NCBI GenBank assembly: GCA_964057225.1
Contig: OZ059896.1
Coordinates: forward strand, 3,596,001 to 3,660,000
Direction: 5' to 3'
DNA from: Auanema rhodensis
Lineage: Eukaryota; Animalia; Nematoda
DNA: 64,000 nucleotides
Shown here: positions 57,200-64,000 of the stretch, piece by piece
Position numbering within the stretch: the first letter of the stretch is position 1
Layout of the letters: each line of letters opens with the position of its first letter
Program-made: the position numbers and the translations under genes
The notes under the pieces: generated by a model
Seen by the model: only the letters and a program-made list of their open reading frames with translations
The model's database searches: none
What the model was told of the DNA's origin: nothing

Positions 57200-60100
57200 A
57201 AGTGCACATCACGTGTACATTTAATTAGCATAAATTAAAGTTCACGTAAATTTCAAAGTCATGGTTACCATGCACCAATATTAATAAAAATTTGTTTTTA
57301 GACTAATATGGACATGAGGAATCTAATTTTGAAAACCGCATCTCTTTATCTTCCACGTGAAGCGAGTTACATACCAAGTGCACATCACGTGTACATTTAA
57401 TTAGCATAAATTAAAGTTCACGTAAATTTCAAAGTCATGGTTACCGTGAACCAATATCAATAAAAATTTGTTTTTAGACTAATATGGACATGGGGAATCT
57501 AATTTTGAAAACCGCATCTCTTTATCTTTCACGTGAAGCGAGTTACATACCAAGTGCACATCACGTGTACATTTAATTAGCATAAATTAAAGTTCACGTA
57601 AATTTCAAAGTCATGGTTACCATGCACCAATATCAATAAAAATTTGTTTTTAGACTAATTTGAACATGGGGAATCTAATTTTGAAAACCGCATCTCTTTA
57701 TCTTTCAAGTGAAGCGAGTTACATACCAAGTGCACATCACGTGTACATTTAATTAGCATAAATTAAAGTTCACGTAAATTTCAAAGTCATGGTTACCATG
57801 AACCAATATCAATAAAAATTTGTTTTTAGACTAATATGGACATGGGGAATCTAATTTTGAAAACCGCATCTCTTTATCTTTCACGTGAAGCGAGTTACAT
57901 ACCAAGTGCACATCACGTGTACACTTAATTAGCATAAATTAAAGTTCACGTAAATTTCAAAGTCATGGTTACCATGCACCAATATCAATAAAAATTTGTT
58001 TTTAGACTAATATGGACATGGGGAATCTAATTTTGAAAACCGCATCTCTTTATCTTCCACGTGAAGCGAGTTACATACCAAGTGCACATCACGTGTACAT
58101 TTAATTAGCATAAATTAAAGTTCACGTAAATTTCAAAGTCATGGTTACCATGCACCAATATCAATAAAAATTTGTTTTTAGACTAATATGGACATGAGGA
58201 ATCTAATTTTGAAAACCGCATCTCTTTATCTTCCACGTGAAGCGAGTTACATACCAAGTGCACATCACGTGTACATTTAATTAGCATAAATTAAAGTTCA
58301 CGTAAATTTCAAAGTCATGGTTACCATGCACCAATATTAATAAAAATTTGTTTTTAGACTAATATGGACATGAGGAATCTAATTTTGAAAACCGCATCTC
58401 TTTATCTTCCACGTGAAGCGAGTTACATACCAAGTGCACATCACGTGTACATTTAATTAGCATAAATTAAAGTTCACGTAAATTTCAAAGTCATGGTTAC
58501 CGTGAACCAATATCAATAAAAATTTGTTTTTAGACTAATATGGACATGGGGAATCTAATTTTGAAAACCGCATCTCTTTATCTTTCACGTGAAGCGAGTT
58601 ACATACCAAGTGCACATCACGTGTACATTTAATTAGCATAAATTAAAGTTCACGTAAATTTCAAAGTCATGGTTACCATGCACCAATATCAATAAAAATT
58701 TGTTTTTAGACTAATTTGAACATGGGGAATCTAATTTTGAAAACCGCATCTCTTTATCTTTCAAGTGAAGCGAGTTACATACCAAGTGCACATCACGTGT
58801 ACATTTAATTAGCATAAATTAAAGTTCACGTAAATTTCAAAGTCATGGTTACCATGAACCAATATCAATAAAAATTTGTTTTTAGACTAATATGGACATG
58901 GGGAATCTAATTTTGAAAACCGCATCTCTTTATCTTTCACGTGAAGCGAGTTACATACCAAGTGCACATCACGTGTACACTTAATTAGCATAAATTAAAG
59001 TTCACGTAAATTTCAAAGTCATGGTTACCATGCACCAATATCAATAAAAATTTGTTTTTAGACTAATATGGACATGGGGAATCTAATTTTGAAAACCGCA
59101 TCTCTTTATCTTTCAAGTGAAGCGAGTTACATACCAAGTGCACATCACGTGTACATTTAATTAGCATAAATTAAAGTTCACGTAAATTTCAAAGTCATGG
59201 TTACCATGCACCAATATCAATAAAAATTTGTTTTTAGACTAATATGGACATGGGGAATCTAATTTTGAAAACCGCATCTCTTTATCTTTCACGTGAAGCG
59301 AGTTACATACCAAGTGCACATCACGTGTACATTTAATTAGCATAAATTAAAGTTCACGTAAATTTCAAAGTCATGGTTACCATGCACCAATATCAATAAA
59401 AATTTGTTTTTAGACTAATATGAACATGGGGAATCTAATTTTGAAAACCGCATCTCTTTATCTTTCACGTGAAGCGAGTTACATACCAAGTGCACATAAC
59501 GTGTACATTTAATTAGCATAAATTAAAGTTCACGTAAATTTCAAAGTCATGGTTACCATGCACCAATATCAATAAAAATTTGTTTTTAGACTAATATGGA
59601 CATGGAGAATCTAATTTTGAAAATCGCATCTCTTTATCTTTCACGTGAAACGAGTTACATACCAAGTGCACATCACGTGTACATTTAATTAGCATAAATT
59701 AAAGTTCACGTAAATTTCAAAGTCATGGTTACCATGAACCAATATCAATAAAAATTTGTTTTTAGACTAATATGGACATGGGGAATCTAATTTTGAAAAC
59801 CGCATCTCTTTATCTTTCACGTGAAGCGAGTTACATACCAAGTGCACATCACGTGTACATTTAATTAGCATAAATTAAAGTTCACGTAAATTTCAAAGTC
59901 ATGGTTACCATGAACCAATATCAATAAAAATTTGTTTTTAGACTAATATGGACATGGGGAATCTAATTTTGAAAACCGCATCTCTCTATCTTTCACGTGA
60001 AGCGAGTTACATACCAAGTGCACATCACGTGTACATTTAATTAGCATAAATTAAAGTTCACGTAAATTTCAAAGTCATGGTTACCATGCACCAATATTAA

Positions 60101-63100
60101 TAAAAATTTGTTTTTAAACTAATATGGACATGGGGAATCTAATTTTGAAAACAGCATCTCTTTATCTTTCACGTGAAGCGAGTTACATACCAAGTGCACA
60201 TCACGTGTACATTTAATTAGCATAAATTAAAGTTCACGTAAATTTCAAAGTCATGGTTACCATGAACCAATATCAATAAAAATTTGTTTTTAGACTAATA
60301 TGGACATGGGGAATCTAATTTTGAAAATCGCATCTCTTTATCTTTCACGTGAAGCGAGTTACATACCAAGTGCACATCACGTGTACATTTAATTAGCATA
60401 AATTAAAGTTCACGTAAATTTCAAAGTCATGGTTACCATGCACCAATATCAATAAAAATTTGTTTTTAGACTAATATGAACATGGGGAATCTAATTTTGA
60501 AAATCGCATCTCTTTATCTTTCACGTGAAGCGAATTACATACCAAGTGCACATCACGTGTACATTTAATTAGCATAAATTAAAGTTCACGTAAATTTCAA
60601 AGTCATGGTTACCATGCACCAATATCAATAAAAATTTGTTTTTAGACTAATATGAACATGGGGAATCTAATTTTGAAAACCGCATCTCTTTATCTTTCAC
60701 GTGAAGCGAGTTACATACCAAGTGCACATAACGTGTACATTTAATTAGCATAAATTAAAGTTCACGTAAATTTCAAAGTCATGGTTACCATGCACCAATA
60801 TCAATAAAAATTTGTTTTTAGACTAATATGGACATGGAGAATCTAATTTTGAAAACCGCATCTCTTTATCTTTCACGTGAAGCGAGTTACATACCAAGTG
60901 CACATCACGTGTACATTTAACTAGCATAAATTAATGTTCACGTAAATTTCAAAGTCATGGTTACCATGCACCAATATTAATAAAAATTTGTTTTTAGACT
61001 AATATGAACATGGGGAATCTAATTTTGAAAACCGCATCTCTTTATCTTTCACGTGAAGCGAGTTACATACCAAGTGCACATCACGTGTACATTTAATTAG
61101 CATAAATTAAAGTTCACGTAAATTTCAAAGTCATGGTTACCATGCACCAATATCAATAAAAATTTGTTTTTAGACTAATATGGACATGGAGAATCTAATT
61201 TTGAAAACCGCATCTCTTTATCTTTCACGTGAAGCGAGTTACATACCAAGTGCACATCACGTGTACATTTAATTAGCATAAATTAAAGTTCACGTAAATT
61301 TCAAAGTCATGGTTACCATGCACCAATATCAATAAAAATTTGTTTTTAGACTAATATGGACATGGGGAATCTAATTTTGAAAACCGCATCTCTTTATCTT
61401 TCACGTGAAGCGAGTTACATACCAAGTGCACATCACGTGTACACTTAATTAGCATAAATTAAAGTTCACGTAAATTTCAAAGTCATGGTTACCATGCACC
61501 AATATCAATAAAAATTTGTTTTTAGACTAATTTGGACATGGGGAATCTAATTTTGAAAACCGCATCTCTTTATCTTTCAAGTGAAGCGAGTTACATACCA
61601 AGTGCACATCACGTGTACATTTAATTAGCATAAATTAAAGTTCACGTAAATTTCAAAGTCATGGTTACCATGCACCAATATTAATAAAAATTTGTTTTTA
61701 GACTAATATGGACATGAGGAATCTAATTTTGAAAACCGCATCTCTTTATCTTCCACGTGAAGCGAGTTACATACCAAGTGCACATCACGTGTACATTTAA
61801 TTAGCATAAATTAAAGTTCACGTAAATTTCAAAGTCATGGTTACCGTGAACCAATATCAATAAAAATTTGTTTTTAGACTAATATGGACATGGGGAATCT
61901 AATTTTGAAAACCGCATCTCTTTATCTTTCACGTGAAGCGAGTTACATACCAAGTGCACATCACGTGTACATTTAATTAGCATAAATTAAAGTTCACGTA
62001 AATTTCAAAGTCATGGTTACCATGCACCAATATCAATAAAAATTTGTTTTTAGACTAATTTGAACATGGGGAATCTAATTTTGAAAACCGCATCTCTTTA
62101 TCTTTCAAGTGAAGCGAGTTACATACCAAGTGCACATCACGTGTACATTTAATTAGCATAAATTAAAGTTCACGTAAATTTCAAAGTCATGGTTACCATG
62201 AACCAATATCAATAAAAATTTGTTTTTAGACTAATATGGACATGGGGAATCTAATTTTGAAAACCGCATCTCTTTATCTTTCACGTGAAGCGAGTTACAT
62301 ACCAAGTGCACATCACGTGTACACTTAATTAGCATAAATTAAAGTTCACGTAAATTTCAAAGTCATGGTTACCATGCACCAATATCAATAAAAATTTGTT
62401 TTTAGACTAATATGGACATGGGGAATCTAATTTTGAAAACCGCATCTCTTTATCTTCCACGTGAAGCGAGTTACATACCAAGTGCACATCACGTGTACAT
62501 TTAATTAGCATAAATTAAAGTTCACGTAAATTTCAAAGTCATGGTTACCATGCACCAATATCAATAAAAATTTGTTTTTAGACTAATATGGACATGAGGA
62601 ATCTAATTTTGAAAACCGCATCTCTTTATCTTCCACGTGAAGCGAGTTACATACCAAGTGCACATCACGTGTACATTTAATTAGCATAAATTAAAGTTCA
62701 CGTAAATTTCAAAGTCATGGTTACCATGCACCAATATTAATAAAAATTTGTTTTTAGACTAATATGGACATGAGGAATCTAATTTTGAAAACCGCATCTC
62801 TTTATCTTCCACGTGAAGCGAGTTACATACCAAGTGCACATCACGTGTACATTTAATTAGCATAAATTAAAGTTCACGTAAATTTCAAAGTCATGGTTAC
62901 CGTGAACCAATATCAATAAAAATTTGTTTTTAGACTAATATGGACATGGGGAATCTAATTTTGAAAACCGCATCTCTTTATCTTTCACGTGAAGCGAGTT
63001 ACATACCAAGTGCACATCACGTGTACATTTAATTAGCATAAATTAAAGTTCACGTAAATTTCAAAGTCATGGTTACCATGCACCAATATCAATAAAAATT

Positions 63101-64000
63101 TGTTTTTAGACTAATTTGAACATGGGGAATCTAATTTTGAAAACCGCATCTCTTTATCTTTCAAGTGAAGCGAGTTACATACCAAGTGCACATCACGTGT
63201 ACATTTAATTAGCATAAATTAAAGTTCACGTAAATTTCAAAGTCATGGTTACCATGAACCAATATCAATAAAAATTTGTTTTTAGACTAATATGGACATG
63301 GGGAATCTAATTTTGAAAACCGCATCTCTTTATCTTTCACGTGAAGCGAGTTACATACCAAGTGCACATCACGTGTACACTTAATTAGCATAAATTAAAG
63401 TTCACGTAAATTTCAAAGTCATGGTTACCATGCACCAATATCAATAAAAATTTGTTTTTAGACTAATATGGACATGGGGAATCTAATTTTGAAAACCGCA
63501 TCTCTTTATCTTTCAAGTGAAGCGAGTTACATACCAAGTGCACATCACGTGTACATTTAATTAGCATAAATTAAAGTTCACGTAAATTTCAAAGTCATGG
63601 TTACCATGCACCAATATCAATAAAAATTTGTTTTTAGACTAATATGGACATGGGGAATCTAATTTTGAAAACCGCATCTCTTTATCTTTCACGTGAAGCG
63701 AGTTACATACCAAGTGCACATCACGTGTACATTTAATTAGCATAAATTAAAGTTCACGTAAATTTCAAAGTCATGGTTACCATGCACCAATATCAATAAA
63801 AATTTGTTTTTAGACTAATATGAACATGGGGAATCTAATTTTGAAAACCGCATCTCTTTATCTTTCACGTGAAGCGAGTTACATACCAAGTGCACATAAC
63901 GTGTACATTTAATTAGCATAAATTAAAGTTCACGTAAATTTCAAAGTCATGGTTACCATGCACCAATATCAATAAAAATTTGTTTTTAGACTAATATGGA
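57200..64000 (+). repeat. 25-monomer-offset (4400 bp) duplication containing a nested 6-monomer-offset (1056 bp) duplication
   Basis: A71G (ACCGTGAA) at 57446, 58502, 61846 and 62902. Units 57200-59600 match 61600-64000 variant for variant. Confidence 0.9.

Larger units (their letters stand above)
1..64000 (+). repeat. Tandem satellite DNA array, 176-bp monomer, about 363.6 copies, single orientation, running off both window ends (putative centromeric/pericentromeric satellite)
   Basis: AAGTGCACATCACGTG recurs at 1, 177, 353 ... 1937, then 2112, 2288 ... 63888. Lines 2641, 5281, 7921 ... 63361 (every 2640 bp = 15 x 176) start in the same monomer phase. No non-repeat sequence seen. The centromeric role is inferred only from size, AT content and homogeneity. 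Confidence 0.99.

Noticed and set aside
2641-63420. Apparent 2640-bp periodicity of identical-looking lines
   Set aside because: Formatting artefact: 2640 is the least common multiple of the 60-nt line and the 176-bp monomer. Variant patterns do not repeat at 15 units.
1-64000. CRISPR array or repeat-spacer/recombination cassette system
   Set aside because: No unique spacers and no cas or recombinase genes; the whole 176-bp unit is repeated.
1-64000. Monomer variants as an encoded message or a single global HOR
   Set aside because: Variant order is explained by local duplications with differing periods (4-25 units); no period holds across the window.

Overview
The whole window is one uninterrupted head-to-tail tandem array of a 176-bp, AT-rich satellite monomer (about 32% GC by hand count), with 363 complete copies plus a 113-bp partial copy, all in one orientation. 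Consensus, numbered from window position 1: AAGTGCACATCACGTGTACATTTAATTAGCATAAATTAAAGTTCACGTAAATTTCAAAGTCATGGTTACCATG(C/A)ACCAATATCAATAAAAATTTGTTTTTAGACTAATATGGACATGGGGAATCTAATTTTGAAAACCGCATCTCTTTATCTTTCACGTGAAGCGAGTTACATACC. Monomers start at 1+176k up to 1937. One 1-bp deletion near 2053-2055 shifts the register, and monomers then start at 176k from 2112 to 63888. Most copies differ from the consensus by only a few substitutions. I found no genes, RNA genes, transposons, CRISPR spacers or strand switches; both 60-aa ORFs result from a single stop-loss SNV. Monomer size and homogeneity fit a eukaryotic centromeric or pericentromeric satellite (inference), and I cannot assign a family or organism. 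The informative structure is (i) dense dyad symmetry and three phased TCACGT motifs per monomer, including a CDEI-like ATCACGTG, (ii) regional variant domains, notably a divergent block at about 15.5-26.7 kb, and (iii) local and nested block duplications of 4 to 25 monomers plus a ~26-kb long-range similarity, with no single global higher-order repeat (HOR). Variants were read by eye and need confirmation by alignment.
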